A DNA stretch of 54,329 bases from an uncultured Spirochaetales bacterium (GTDB lineage Bacteria > Myxococcota_A > UBA9160 > SMWR01): the NCBI GenBank assembly GCA_964413375.1, contig CAYPSI010000075.1:1-54329 (forward strand), written 5' to 3'. The notes beneath the pieces were generated by a model, which was given only the letters and a program-made list of their open reading frames with translations, was not told where the DNA came from and did not search any database. Made by a program: the position numbers and the translations under genes. Shown here piece by piece: positions 26,029 through 36,020 of this stretch. Each line of letters begins with the position of its first letter. Position 1 is the first letter of the stretch.

Positions 26029-28667
26029 CAGCGCATCTCGATCAGCGCATCGAGGCGGCGGAAGGCCTCGTCGAGACGCGTGGGATCCGTCCCGCCGCCC
26101 TGCGCGAAGTCGGGCCGGCCACCGCCCTTGCCGCCGAGCACCTGGCTGATCTCTCGAACGAGATCTCCGGCGCGGAAGCGGCCGGTGAGATCGGCCGTCA
26201 CCCCGAGTGCCAGTGTCACTTTGCCGCCCTCCTCCGCCGCGAGCAGCACGATCGCGGATCCGAGGCGCTGGCGAAGCTCGTCCACCATGCCGCGCAGGTT
26301 CTTCGCGTCGACGCCGTCGACCCGCGCGGTGAGCACGCGCACCCCGCCCACCTCACGCGCCGTCTCCGTGAGGTCGCGCGAGGCAGCGCCTCGCGCGGCG
26401 GTACGCAGCCCTTCGAGCTCCCGCTCGAGCGCGCGGCGCTCCTCGAGCAGCCGCTCGACGCGCTCGGGAAGCTCTGCGACCGGGGCCCGCAAGAGGCCCG
26501 CGGCGCGCTCCAGCAGCTCCTCGCGCCCGCGCGTCCACTCGAGAGCACCGAGCCCGGTGAGCGCCTCGATGCGCCGAACCCCCGCCGCGATGCCGGACTC
26601 CGAGAGGATTCGCAGCAGGCCGATCTCGCCCGTCGCCCGAGCGTGCGTACCCCCGCAGAGCTCCGTCGAGACGTCGCCGAAGGAGATCACCCGGACCTGG
26701 TCGCCGTACTTCTCCTCGAAGATCGCGACGGCGCCCGCCGCAATCGCATCGGGGTAGGCCATCTCCCGCAGCTCCGCGTGCGCGTCGGCCTCGATCCACG
26801 TATTCACGAGGTCCTCGATCGCACGAAGCTGGTCGCGAGAGAGCGGCGCGTCGTGCGTGAAGTCGAAGCGCAGGCGATCCGGGGCCACCAGCGAGCCCTT
26901 CTGGAGCGCCTGCGGCCCGAGCACGCGGCGCAGCGCCGCGTGCAGCAGGTGCGTACCCGAGTGATTGCGCACCGTCGCGGCGCGCGCCGAGGGGTCGACC
27001 CCGAGCGAGGCTTCGTCGCCGACGTGAAGCTCTCCGGACACGACCCGACCCCGGTGCACGACGAGGTCTCCGGCGGGCCGCTGCGTGTCGACGACCTCCA
27101 CCCGGCCGCTAGGCACGCGGATCTCGCCTCGGTCGCCGACCTGACCGCCCGACTCCGCGTAGAAGGGCGTCTCGTCGACGACGACCTCCACCTCCTCTCC
27201 CTCGCGCGCCGAGACGCGCGGCTCTCCGTCGACCAGCAGCGCACGCACCGTCGATGCGAAGCTCAGCGTCTCGTAGCCGTGGAACGCGGTCGAGAGCTCG
27301 TTCGCGAGGCGCCCATGCACCTCGTCGATGCGCGTCTCGCCGCTCCCCTTCCAGGCGGCGCGCGCGCGCTCGCGCTGCACCTGCATGGCCGACTCGAAGC
27401 CCGCGTGATCTACTGCGAGTCCGTACCCGCGCAGGACGTCTTCGGTCAGGTCGACCGGGAAGCCGAAGGTGTCATAGAGGCGAAACGCCGCCGCCCCCGG
27501 AAGGCGCTCGCCGCCCTCGCGGCGCAAGCCGGCGATCTCCTCCTCGAGAAGCGTCAGGCCCTTGGAGAGGGTCTCGAGGAAGCGCCCCTCCTCGCGTTCG
27601 ATGCGCTTCGTGATGAACGCGCGCCGCTCGGAGAGCTCTGGATAGGCGGCGCCCATCTCGTCGATCACCGCATCGGCGACGCGGTGCAGGAAGGGCTTCT
27701 CGATGCCGAGCAGCGCGCCGTGTCGGGCGGCCCGGCGCAGGATGCGGCGCAGCACGTAGCCCCGGCCTTCGTTCGAGGGAAGCACGCCGTCGCCGATCAG
27801 GAACGCGAGCGCGCGCGAGTGGTCTGCGATCACGTTCTGCGAGACGTCCTTCTCGGCGTCCGTCCCGCGCGACACTCCGGAGATCTCCTGCACACGCTGG
27901 AGAATGCCCCGGAAGAGGTCGGTCTCGTAGTTCGACCCGACGCCCTGGAGCACCGCCGCGAGCCGCTCGAGACCGGCGCCGGTGTCGATCGAAGGCCGCG
28001 GGAGCGGCACGAGGCGCCCGTCCGAGGAGCGGTCGAACTGCATGAAGACGAGGTTCCAGATCTCGAGGAAGCGCCCGCAGCCGCAGGCGGGCGTGCACGG
28101 CTTGCTCGTGCAGGCGGGCCGGGGGCCGAAATCGACGTGGATCTCCGAGCAGGGCCCGCAGGGGCCCGTCTCGCCCATCGCCCAGAAGTTCTCCTCCTCG
28201 TCGAGGCGGATCACCTTCTCCGCGGGCAGCCCGATGCCGCTGCGCCAGATCTCGTGGGCCTCGTCGTCCTCGCGGAAGACGGTCGCGACGAGCCGCTCGG
28301 GGGCCATGCCCAGGCCCTCGGTCACGAGCTCCCAGGCGTACTCGATCGCTTCGCGCTTGAAGTAGTCGCCGAAGGAGAAATTTCCGAGCATCTCGAAGAA
28401 GGTGTGGTGACGCGGCGTACGTCCGACGTTCTCGAGATCGTTGTGCTTGCCGGAGACCCGCATGCACTTCTGGGAGCTCGCGGCGCGCGCACTCCCGCGC
28501 GACTCCTCGCCGAGGAAGACGCGCTTGAAGGGGACCATGCCGGCGTTCGTGAAGAGCAGGGTCGGGTCGCCCTGCGGTACGAGCGAGGCGCTCGCGACCA
28601 CGCGGTGGCCGCGCGCCTCGAAGAAGCGCAGGAAGGTTTCACGGATCTCGCTCGCGCCGAGCGGCAC
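26028..28667 (-). CDS. alaS: Alanine--tRNA ligase
   Basis: DPTLLFTNAGMVPFK, RHHTFFEMLGNFSFGDYFK, TPFYAESGGQVGD, NHSGTHLLH, ELCGGTH, GGGRPDFAQGGG. Confidence 0.98.
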   Translation of the reverse strand: MPLGASEIRETFLRFFEARGHRVVASASLVPQGDPTLLFTNAGMVPFKRVFLGEESRGSARAASSQKCMRVSGKHNDLENVGRTPRHHTFFEMLGNFSFGDYFKREAIEYAWELVTEGLGMAPERLVATVFREDDEAHEIWRSGIGLPAEKVIRLDEEENFWAMGETGPCGPCSEIHVDFGPRPACTSKPCTPACGCGRFLEIWNLVFMQFDRSSDGRLVPLPRPSIDTGAGLERLAAVLQGVGSNYETDLFRGILQRVQEISGVSRGTDAEKDVSQNVIADHSRALAFLIGDGVLPSNEGRGYVLRRILRRAARHGALLGIEKPFLHRVADAVIDEMGAAYPELSERRAFITKRIEREEGRFLETLSKGLTLLEEEIAGLRREGGERLPGAAAFRLYDTFGFPVDLTEDVLRGYGLAVDHAGFESAMQVQRERARAAWKGSGETRIDEVHGRLANELSTAFHGYETLSFASTVRALLVDGEPRVSAREGEEVEVVVDETPFYAESGGQVGDRGEIRVPSGRVEVVDTQRPAGDLVVHRGRVVSGELHVGDEASLGVDPSARAATVRNHSGTHLLHAALRRVLGPQALQKGSLVAPDRLRFDFTHDAPLSRDQLRAIEDLVNTWIEADAHAELREMAYPDAIAAGAVAIFEEKYGDQVRVISFGDVSTELCGGTHARATGEIGLLRILSESGIAAGVRRIEALTGLGALEWTRGREELLERAAGLLRAPVAELPERVERLLEERRALERELEGLRTAARGAASRDLTETAREVGGVRVLTARVDGVDAKNLRGMVDELRQRLGSAIVLLAAEEGGKVTLALGVTADLTGRFRAGDLVREISQVLGGKGGGRPDFAQGGGTDPTRLDEAFRRLDALIEMR

Positions 28668-28730
28668 GCCTGTGGCCTCCTGGGTCCGGGAGGCCGGAAT
28701 ATACCGAAGCCCCGGGGGGCGCGGGCGACT

Positions 28731-29924
28731 CTAGAATTTCTGGATGATGTCGTCGTCCGGGCCGCGCTTCGCGGCGGGCTCGGGCTTCTGCTCGCCTGCC
28801 TCGGGCTCCGCATCGCCCTCGAAATCGTCCCAGGTGCCGTCCGAGGTGGATCCGATGCCACGGAAGCGCAGCGCGAAGTCGTCCGGGTTCGAGACGTGCT
28901 TGAGCGCCTCGTCGTAGGTGACGAGCTTCTGCTTCACGAGGCTCATCAGCGACTGGTCGAAGGTCTGCATCCCGTAGGTCGTGTAGCCCTTGGCGATCGC
29001 GTCGTGGATCTCCTTGGTGCGGTCCTTGTCGGCGATGCACTCGCGGATCCGCGCGGTGGAGACCAGCACCTCGAGAGCCGGGACCCGCCCCTTGCCGTCT
29101 GCCCGCGGCACGAGCCGCTGGGAGATCACGGACCTCAGAATCGAAGACAGCTGGAGCCGGATCTGCTTCTGCTGGTAGGGGGGGAAGACGGAGATGATGC
29201 GGTTGATCGTCTCGGTGGCGTCGAGCGTGTGCAGCGTGCTCATCACCAGGTGACCCGTCTCGGCCGCGGTGATCGCCGTCTCGATGGTCTCGAAGTCGCG
29301 CATCTCGCCGACGAGGATCACGTCGGGGTCCTGGCGCAGCGCCGAGCGCAATGCGGTGGAGAAGGTCTGCGTGTCGACGCCGATCTCGCGCTGGTTCACG
29401 ATCGAGCGCCGGTCACGGATCAGGAACTCGATCGGATCCTCGATCGTCATGATGTGGCAGGTGCGGTTCGCGTTGATGTATTCGATCATCGCTGCGAGCG
29501 TGGTCGACTTTCCCGAGCCCGTGGTCCCGGTGACGAGGACGAGCCCGCGCTGCTCCATCGCGATCGACTGGATCACCTTGGGCAGGTGCAGGTGCTCGAT
29601 CGACTTGACGCCGAAGGGGATCACCCGGAAGACGATGCCGACGGTGCCGCGCTGCTGGAAGGAGTTGACGCGGAAGCGGCCGAGGCCGGGGATCCCGTAG
29701 GCGAGGTCGACCTCGCGCGTCTCGTCGAAGCGCGCCTTCTGCACGGGGTTCATGATCGAATCGGCCATCGCCTGGATGTCATCGGGCATCAGGCGTTCGC
29801 CGTTCTTCAGCGGAACGAGCGCTCCGTCGACCCGGAACATCGGCGGAAGCCCCGACTTCAGGTGGATGTCGCTGGCCCCGCCCTTGAGCGCGATCTTGAG
29901 GATGTCGTTGAGCTCCAAACCCAC
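28731..29924 (-). CDS. pilT: PilT/PilU-family type IV pilus retraction ATPase
   Basis: ASDIHL, GRFRVN, Walker A GTTGSGKST, TIEDPIE, ALRQDPDVILVGEMRD, AETGHLVMSTLHT, GMQTFDQSL. Confidence 0.9.
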   Translation of the reverse strand: MGLELNDILKIALKGGASDIHLKSGLPPMFRVDGALVPLKNGERLMPDDIQAMADSIMNPVQKARFDETREVDLAYGIPGLGRFRVNSFQQRGTVGIVFRVIPFGVKSIEHLHLPKVIQSIAMEQRGLVLVTGTTGSGKSTTLAAMIEYINANRTCHIMTIEDPIEFLIRDRRSIVNQREIGVDTQTFSTALRSALRQDPDVILVGEMRDFETIETAITAAETGHLVMSTLHTLDATETINRIISVFPPYQQKQIRLQLSSILRSVISQRLVPRADGKGRVPALEVLVSTARIRECIADKDRTKEIHDAIAKGYTTYGMQTFDQSLMSLVKQKLVTYDEALKHVSNPDDFALRFRGIGSTSDGTWDDFEGDAEPEAGEQKPEPAAKRGPDDDIIQKF

Positions 29925-30074
29925 GTCCTCCCGCCGGATTTCGCACCGCCGCCCGGACTTCTTCGTCCGGCTCGGCAGCGCTCTTGAGGCGGCTTCCGGA
30001 ACCGGGCTGCGGGCTCAGGTCCGGCCCGCTGCCGGTCGATGAGCCCGGTACCGAACCCGATCCAGGGAGGGGAG

Positions 30075-31664
30075 ATGGCCCGGCGGACGCTCGCCTCGCT
30101 CGTTCTCGCCGCGCTGTGCGCGGCCAGCTCGGGCTGCCTCTTGCCAGTCCGCAGCGCGCCCGGCGTCGCAGGCCGGGTCGTGGAGGCCGGGTCCCGACGT
30201 CCGCTAGCCGGCGTTCTCGTAGTCGTCCGCTTCGACGGCCGCCACGGCACCCTGCTTCCGGACCGCGAGAACCTCGGCCATGCCGAGCTTCGCACCGACG
30301 CCGCTGGACGCTTCCAGTTCGCGCGGCACTTCGCGCCCGGAGTGGCGCTCTGGCCCTATTTCGAGGGCGAGGCCCGGGTCCTCTCGGTGCTGGCCGACGG
30401 CTACCGCTGCCCGAGCCCGCAGAAGGTTTCGCCGGGCGTTCCGATCGAGGTCGCGCTCGCGCCGGCCGCAGATCGCAGCGACCAGCGAGCGTCGTGCCGA
30501 CCGGTGGCCGCGCGTCCCGGCGAGGCGGCTGCCTACATGGCCGGCTGGCGCGCTCTCTTCGACGATCCGGACAGCGACCAGGCGCTCGAGGACCGGCGTC
30601 GCGTCGAGCAGGTCCTCGCCGCGCGCACTGCGCTCGGCTTCGCCGAGAACTGCGAGGGCCCGGTGTTCGACCTGGCGCTCTCGCCCGATGGCCGGATGGC
30701 CGCGATCGCGCAGCGCGAGAAGCAGCGCACTGCCGTCCACGTGGTGGATCTCGCGCCCGGCAGCGGCATCCGCGGCGTACGCGCGGGCGTGGCGGAGCGG
30801 ATGCCACCGCGGCGGCTCGCGTGGACCAGCCCACGCCAGCTCGTGGTCTGGTTGCCGGTCGCGACGCCGTTGCGCGCGGCAGCTACCGCTCGCGGTGCGG
30901 AGGGCCAGGTGGAGGTGCTTTGGAACGCTCCGGTGGAGCGCGTGAGCACCGCGCCGCAGAGAGCGTCCGCACGTCCTGTCGGGTCGAGCAGGCCACTCGA
31001 GCCCGAAGACATCTACGACGAGGGTGCGAATCGCTGGGCCGGGCGTAGCTTCACGCTCGTGCGCGGCGTCAATGCCTCGAGCGGCCTCGCGCGCGAGCAG
31101 CTTCGGATCGTCGCCCCGGATGGCGCGCGACACGAGATCGAGCTGCCCGGCGAGCCCTGCGGGCCGACCGGCCATTTCGGGCAGCCGCAGTACCGGATCG
31201 CCGCGGACGGGTCCCACGCACTCGACCTGCGCTTCGTTGGCGGGGCCTGCCGCGCCGTCTCGATCGACCTCGAATCCGGCTCGTGGAACGCGATCGACAC
31301 GGCCGGCGGCGCGCGGGCCGAGTGCCGCAACGAGCGCCGGATCCCGCCGAGCCACCTCCGCGTGGCGCTGCGCGGCTACCTCCGCCAGGCGGAGGGCTCG
31401 CTCGCAAGCGCCGGCGCCGACCCGACGCGCTCGTACCTGCTGCGCATCGAGCCCTCGGGCGCGGCCCAGGCGGAGACGCGCGACGCGAGCGGCCACACGC
31501 AGCACGTGGCGCTGGCGCCCTTCCCGGTTGCGACGCCGCTGCGCATCGTGCACGTCACGAACGTGGCGCCCGTGGACGGCCTGCAGCCGGCACCGAAGGC
31601 GGCCCCGAAGCCCGCGCCGTCCACGCCTTCGAGCGACGGCGAGCAGGGCCTCGAACCGCTGTAG
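30075..31664 (+). CDS. Hypothetical lipoprotein (carboxypeptidase-regulatory-like N-domain, possible beta-propeller segments)
   Basis: SD GGAGGGGAG; signal ending AASSGC; GRVVEAGSRRPLAGVLVVVRF; DLALSPDGRMAAIA. Function unknown. Confidence 0.65.
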   Translation: MARRTLASLVLAALCAASSGCLLPVRSAPGVAGRVVEAGSRRPLAGVLVVVRFDGRHGTLLPDRENLGHAELRTDAAGRFQFARHFAPGVALWPYFEGEARVLSVLADGYRCPSPQKVSPGVPIEVALAPAADRSDQRASCRPVAARPGEAAAYMAGWRALFDDPDSDQALEDRRRVEQVLAARTALGFAENCEGPVFDLALSPDGRMAAIAQREKQRTAVHVVDLAPGSGIRGVRAGVAERMPPRRLAWTSPRQLVVWLPVATPLRAAATARGAEGQVEVLWNAPVERVSTAPQRASARPVGSSRPLEPEDIYDEGANRWAGRSFTLVRGVNASSGLAREQLRIVAPDGARHEIELPGEPCGPTGHFGQPQYRIAADGSHALDLRFVGGACRAVSIDLESGSWNAIDTAGGARAECRNERRIPPSHLRVALRGYLRQAEGSLASAGADPTRSYLLRIEPSGAAQAETRDASGHTQHVALAPFPVATPLRIVHVTNVAPVDGLQPAPKAAPKPAPSTPSSDGEQGLEPL

Positions 31665-31684
31665 CGCGCCCCTCGGGCGTTCGC

Positions 31685-32767
31685 TCAGGCCGTCGCCTCT
31701 TCCGCCTCTACGGCCGGCGCCGTCGCCGGGATCTGATGCTTGAGCCCCTTCGCCGCGTAGACGGCGTCAGCCAGCCGCTCGCAGATCTCCGAGTTCTCGA
31801 GCAGGAAGCGGCGCGCGTTCTCCCGGCCCTGGCCGATGCGCTCGCCCCCGTAGGAGTACCAGGCCCCACTCTTCTCGACGATGCCGCACTCGGAGCCGAG
31901 GTCGAGCAGATCGCCCTCCTTCGAGATGCCGCGGTTGTAGAGGATGTCGAACTCGGCCTGCCGGAAGGGCGGAGCCACCTTGTTCTTCACCACCTTGACG
32001 CGGGTGCGGTTGCCGACCACCTCGTCGCCCTCCTTGAGGGCCGCGATGCGGCGCACGTCGAGACGCATCGAGGCGTAGAACTTCAGCGCGTTGCCGCCGC
32101 TCGTCGTCTCGGGGTTGCCGAACATCACGCCGATCTTCATCCGGATCTGGTTGATGAAGATCACCGTCGCCTGGGACTTCGAGACCGTGCCGGTGAGCTT
32201 GCGCATCGCGTGGCTCATCAGACGCGCCTGGAGACCCACGTGCTGGTCCCCCATCTCGCCCTCGATCTCGGCGCGCGGCACGAGTGCCGCCACCGAGTCG
32301 ACCACGACGAGGTCGATCGCGCCCGAGCGCAGCAGCACGTCGACGATCTCGAGCGCCTGCTCGCCGGTGTCCGGCTGCGAGACGAGCAGTTCCTCGACCT
32401 GCACGCCGAGCCGACGCGCATAGCCGACGTCGAGCGCGTGCTCGGCGTCGACGAAGGCGGCGATGCCCCCCTGGCGCTGGACCTCGGCCACCGCGTGCAG
32501 CGCGAGCGTCGTCTTTCCGCTCGACTCGGGGCCGAAGATCTCGACCACGCGCCCGCGCGGATAGCCGCCGATGCCGAGCGCCAGGTCCAGGCTCGCCGAG
32601 CCGGAGGAGAAGCTCTTCACCTCGCGGTCGATGGCCTCGTCGCTCATCATCAGGATGGCGCCCTTCCCGAACTGCTTCTCGATCGCGGAGACGGCCAGCG
32701 CCACCGCCTTCTGCTTCTGGGCGTCCATCGCCTCTGCGTTGCCTCGACCCTTGCCGTTCGTCGTCAT
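31685..32767 (-). CDS. recA: Recombinase RecA
   Basis: [54 protein letters not shown]. Confidence 0.99.
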   Translation of the reverse strand: MTTNGKGRGNAEAMDAQKQKAVALAVSAIEKQFGKGAILMMSDEAIDREVKSFSSGSASLDLALGIGGYPRGRVVEIFGPESSGKTTLALHAVAEVQRQGGIAAFVDAEHALDVGYARRLGVQVEELLVSQPDTGEQALEIVDVLLRSGAIDLVVVDSVAALVPRAEIEGEMGDQHVGLQARLMSHAMRKLTGTVSKSQATVIFINQIRMKIGVMFGNPETTSGGNALKFYASMRLDVRRIAALKEGDEVVGNRTRVKVVKNKVAPPFRQAEFDILYNRGISKEGDLLDLGSECGIVEKSGAWYSYGGERIGQGRENARRFLLENSEICERLADAVYAAKGLKHQIPATAPAVEAEEATA

Positions 32768-32789
32768 GTCTTTCTCCAGTTCTTCTCTT

Positions 32790-33509
32790 CTAGATGGGGT
32801 GATGAACTCGTCCGGCGCCGAGCGGAACCCGCTCGAGCGGCAAGTAGAGCGAGCCGGCAGACGAGAGCTCGCTGCGGAACAAGACGGCTTGCTCGACCGC
32901 GAGCTCCGCTGCGGGAAGCGCCAGCGCCGCGACGCTCGGAAAGCTTCGCTCCTTCACGCGTCCGAGCGTGAGGTGGGCGCGGAAGGGGCGCTCCTCGGGA
33001 GGGAAGCCCTCCGCGACTACGGCGCGCTCGAGCGCCGCTGCGAGCTCCAGCAGCGGAGCGGTGGGCTCGAGCCCGAGTGCTACGACGCGCGGCCTGCGCG
33101 GCGATGGAAAGAGCTCGGCAGGCCCGAGCTGAAGCGCGAAGGGGCGCAGCGTCGCGAGCTCCTCCGATGCCCGGCGTGCGAGCGGAGCGGCGGCGCTGGC
33201 CTCGATCTCGCCCAGGAAGCGCAGCGTCACGTGCAGCGCCTCCGGACGGACCCAGCGCACGCCGTCGCCGCCGGGATCCTGCTGCAGCCGCTGCGCGACG
33301 GCCGCCGCGACCCGCCGCGCGTCGGCGCCGAGCTCGATCGCGAAGAACGCACGGATCTGGCCTGACTCACTTCGCTCGCCTGCGGCTCGCTGCGCGCTTC
33401 GCTTGCGAGACTCACTTCGCTCGGCTGCCCGGGGACGTTGCGTCGATTCGACCGGCTGTTGGCCACTCCGCTCGCCTGCGGCTCGCTGCGCGCTTCGCTT
33501 GCGATCCAC
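32790..33509 (-). CDS. thpR: RNA 2',3'-cyclic phosphodiesterase (2H family) with a repeat-derived N-terminal extension
   Basis: [31 protein letters not shown]; GTG 33509 with GAGGAG 8 nt upstream; lies between cinA and recA. Confidence 0.88.
   Translation of the reverse strand: MDRKRSAQRAAGERSGQQPVESTQRPRAAERSESRKRSAQRAAGERSESGQIRAFFAIELGADARRVAAAVAQRLQQDPGGDGVRWVRPEALHVTLRFLGEIEASAAAPLARRASEELATLRPFALQLGPAELFPSPRRPRVVALGLEPTAPLLELAAALERAVVAEGFPPEERPFRAHLTLGRVKERSFPSVAALALPAAELAVEQAVLFRSELSSAGSLYLPLERVPLGAGRVHHPI
33368..33406 (+). repeat. Mini-hairpin repeat core (inside the thpR 5' region)
   Basis: CACTTCGCTCGCCTGCGGCTCGCTGCGCGCTTCGCTTGC; a truncated third start follows at about 33413. Confidence 0.88.
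33464..33502 (+). repeat. Mini-hairpin repeat core (inside the thpR 5' region)
   Basis: CACTCCGCTCGCCTGCGGCTCGCTGCGCGCTTCGCTTGC. Confidence 0.88.
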
Positions 33510-33528
33510 TCCAGCATCTCCTCGCTCC

Positions 33529-34842
33529 TCACCGCGCCGCGGGCGCCGTCGACGGGGAACTTGCGCCGCCGCGGGCGCGCATCAGCGTCGGGCCGACGAG
33601 GTCCACGCCGAGCAGCGCGCGGCGTACCCAGTCGAGCGCGACCTGCGCGGTCAGCATCCGGTGGCGGGGGCGGTCGAGCGGGAACGCGAAGGCATCGGCG
33701 TGCGTGCCCTCCGCACGGGCGAGCGCCACGTGCACGAGGCCGACCGGCTTCTCGGGCGTTCCCCCGCCGGGCCCGGAGATGCCGGTGGTGGCTACACCGT
33801 AGTCGGCACCGAAGCGCCCGCGCACGTTCTCGGCCATCGCGCGCACGACGGGATCCGACACGGCTCCATGCCGCTCGAGCAGCTCGCGCGGCACCCCGAG
33901 CAGCGCCTCCTTCGCGGCATTCGCGTAGGCCACGACGCCGCCGAGGAAATAATCGGAGGCGCCGGCGACCTCCGTGATGCGCTCGGCGACGAGGCCGCCG
34001 GTGCAGGACTCGGCCACCGCGAGCGACAGGCCGCGCTCGCGCAGCAGCCGTCCGAGCACCACTGGGAGTGTCTCCGCCTCGCCCTCGCCGTAGACGAGCG
34101 GCCCGAGCCGTGCACGGATCGCCGCGCAGATGCGATCGAGCTTCTCCTCGGCCTCGGCCGCGCTGGCGGCGCGGGCGACCGGCCGCAGGTAGTTGTCGGG
34201 AAAAGCCGTGCGGAAGCCGAGGGACACCCCGCCCGAGATCGCGATGTCGGAGAGCTCCGCGTCGAGCGCGGACTCGCCCATCCCGAAGGTGCGCAGCAGG
34301 CGCGCCCGCACCACCTCACCCCCGCCGCGGCGCTTCGCGATGCGCGGGAGCACCTGCTCGTCGAGCATCAACGCGAGCTCGCGCGGCACCCCCGGCATGC
34401 AGAAGAAGACCGCTCCGCCGGCCTCGAGCGCGAAGCCCGGCGCGGTTCCGACCGGGTTCGGCAGGATCTCGGCGCCCTCCGGGAACCACGCCTGTTTGGC
34501 GTTGTTCTCCGTCATCTCGCGCCCGACCCGGCGGAAGAACTCGCGGATCGTCTCGAGCGCGCCCTCGTCCTGGACGAGGCGGAGTCCGAAGCTGCGCGCC
34601 AGGACCTCGGCCGTGAGGTCGTCGCGCGTGGGGCCGAGCCCTCCCGAGACGAGGATCACCTCGACGCGACTGGCGGCGCGCACGAAGGCGTCGGTCATCT
34701 CCGCGGGATCATCGCCGACGGTCGCCTGGAAGCGCGTCTCCACGTCGAGGCTGAGCAGCCGGTCGGCAAGCAGCGCCTTGTTCGTGTCGACGATCTCGCC
34801 GCGCAACAGCTCGTCTCCAATCGTCAGGATCTCCGCCCTCAC
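33529..34842 (-). CDS. cinA: CinA (molybdopterin-binding-like domain plus PncC NMN deamidase domain)
   Basis: AEILTIGDELLRGEIVDTN, SGGLGPTRDDLT, NPVGTAPG, AVAESCTGG, TGISGPGGGTPEKPVG. Start GTG 34842. Confidence 0.95.
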   Translation of the reverse strand: MRAEILTIGDELLRGEIVDTNKALLADRLLSLDVETRFQATVGDDPAEMTDAFVRAASRVEVILVSGGLGPTRDDLTAEVLARSFGLRLVQDEGALETIREFFRRVGREMTENNAKQAWFPEGAEILPNPVGTAPGFALEAGGAVFFCMPGVPRELALMLDEQVLPRIAKRRGGGEVVRARLLRTFGMGESALDAELSDIAISGGVSLGFRTAFPDNYLRPVARAASAAEAEEKLDRICAAIRARLGPLVYGEGEAETLPVVLGRLLRERGLSLAVAESCTGGLVAERITEVAGASDYFLGGVVAYANAAKEALLGVPRELLERHGAVSDPVVRAMAENVRGRFGADYGVATTGISGPGGGTPEKPVGLVHVALARAEGTHADAFAFPLDRPRHRMLTAQVALDWVRRALLGVDLVGPTLMRARGGASSPSTAPAAR

Positions 34843-34879
34843 CGCGCGCTCACCCCCCGTTCGTTCACCCCCGAAAGCT

Positions 34880-35350
34880 TCATGCCCCGACGACCCAGGC
34901 GACCCCGGCCACCGCCGGCGCTGCGAACGCTCCCGCGACCACGTCATCGAACATCACGCCTGCCCCTCCAGCCAGCCGCTCGGCCCGGCGCGCCGGCGCC
35001 GGCTTCCAGATATCAAACACCCGGAATGCGACGAATCCGGTCACAACCGGAAGCCAGGACGAGCCGACCCCCGGCAGCGCCAGCGGGGCGAGCGCGATCA
35101 GCTGTCCCACCACCTCGTCGATCACGATGCGCCCGTCGTCCTTGCGGCCGTACCAGCGCTCCGCGGCATCCGCCGCCCGGATCCCGAGCGAGAGCAGCCC
35201 CAGCAACGCGAGCGCGTAGAGCCAGGGCCCGAGACCGGCGAGCGCGAGGCACAGGACGACTCCGACCGCCGCCCCTGCGGTGCCGGGCGCCACGGGCGCA
35301 AATCCGGCGCCTCCGGCGGTTGCCAGGAAGAGCAGCGCCGCGGGTCGCAT
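34880..35350 (-). CDS. pgpA: Phosphatidylglycerophosphatase A
   Basis: GAGFAPVAPGTAG, DDGRIVIDEVVGQ, FRVFDIWKP, GVMFDDVVAG. Start ATG 35350 or GTG 35380. Confidence 0.93.
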   Translation of the reverse strand: MRPAALLFLATAGGAGFAPVAPGTAGAAVGVVLCLALAGLGPWLYALALLGLLSLGIRAADAAERWYGRKDDGRIVIDEVVGQLIALAPLALPGVGSSWLPVVTGFVAFRVFDIWKPAPARRAERLAGGAGVMFDDVVAGAFAAPAVAGVAWVVGA

Positions 35351-35471
35351 ACCAATGGATTCGTGAGTACTTTCGGACACTTCAGCTTCGATGACGCGAC
35401 CCGGACGGGACCGCGGTTGGAGGGACCGCGGAAGCCAGCGCCTCGGCGGGGGAGCCGGACGCCTCGACCCT

Positions 35472-35501
35472 AACGTACCCGGGGGAGGTCGAGAGCGTCA
35501 A
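35472..35501 (-). promoter_or_regulatory. Putative sigma70 promoter of pgpA-cinA-thpR-recA
   Basis: TTGACG(35501-35496)-N18-TACGTT(35477-35472). Confidence 0.45.
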
Positions 35502-35582
35502 TGCGAGAAGGCGAAAAAAATGCAAAAACAGCGGCACAGAGTCGCGCCAGTGAGCCCGCCGTCCGGCTAGTCTCGCCCGACG

Positions 35583-36020
35583 ATGACTGCGCGCGGATCG
35601 GTCCTCGGCATCGACTACGGCGCTCGGCGCATCGGTCTCGCCGTCTCCGACCCGGACCGGATCTTCGCGTTCCCCGCGGGATTCCTACAGCGACACGGCA
35701 AGGAGCTGGACTTCGCCGAGCTGCGCCGGCTCGCCGATGAGCGCGAAATCGTCCAGATCGTCGTCGGGCTGCCGATCCACATGAACGGCCGGGAGGGGCC
35801 GGAAGCGCGCGCCGCTCGCGCGTTCGCGGAGGACCTCCGCCGGGAGACGGGTCGGAATGTGGAGCTACTCGACGAACGCTGGACGAGCCGTGAAGCGGAA
35901 CAGGCGTTGCGCGACTCCGGTCGGCGCTACGAGCGAGGTGACGTGGACGCGGCCGCGGCGACCCTGATCCTGCGCACCTGGCTCGAGCGCCAGGCCCAGC
36001 GGGGCGGGAGCGAGCCGTGA
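35583..36020 (+). CDS. ruvX: Holliday-junction-resolvase-like protein RuvX/YqgF
   Basis: LGIDYGARRIGLAVSD, VVGLP, DERWTS, VDAAAATLILRTWL. Confidence 0.93.
   Translation: MTARGSVLGIDYGARRIGLAVSDPDRIFAFPAGFLQRHGKELDFAELRRLADEREIVQIVVGLPIHMNGREGPEARAARAFAEDLRRETGRNVELLDERWTSREAEQALRDSGRRYERGDVDAAAATLILRTWLERQAQRGGSEP

Noticed and set aside
28731-29924. pilT as a sign of a pilus or conjugation island
   Set aside because: No other pilus or secretion genes are adjacent. Stand-alone PilT paralogues are common in this group.
32768-35582. LexA/SOS box upstream of recA or its operon (also checked upstream of ssb)
   Set aside because: No convincing match to the CTGT-N8-ACAG, GAAC-N4-GTTC or GTTC-N7-GTTC types was found by eye.
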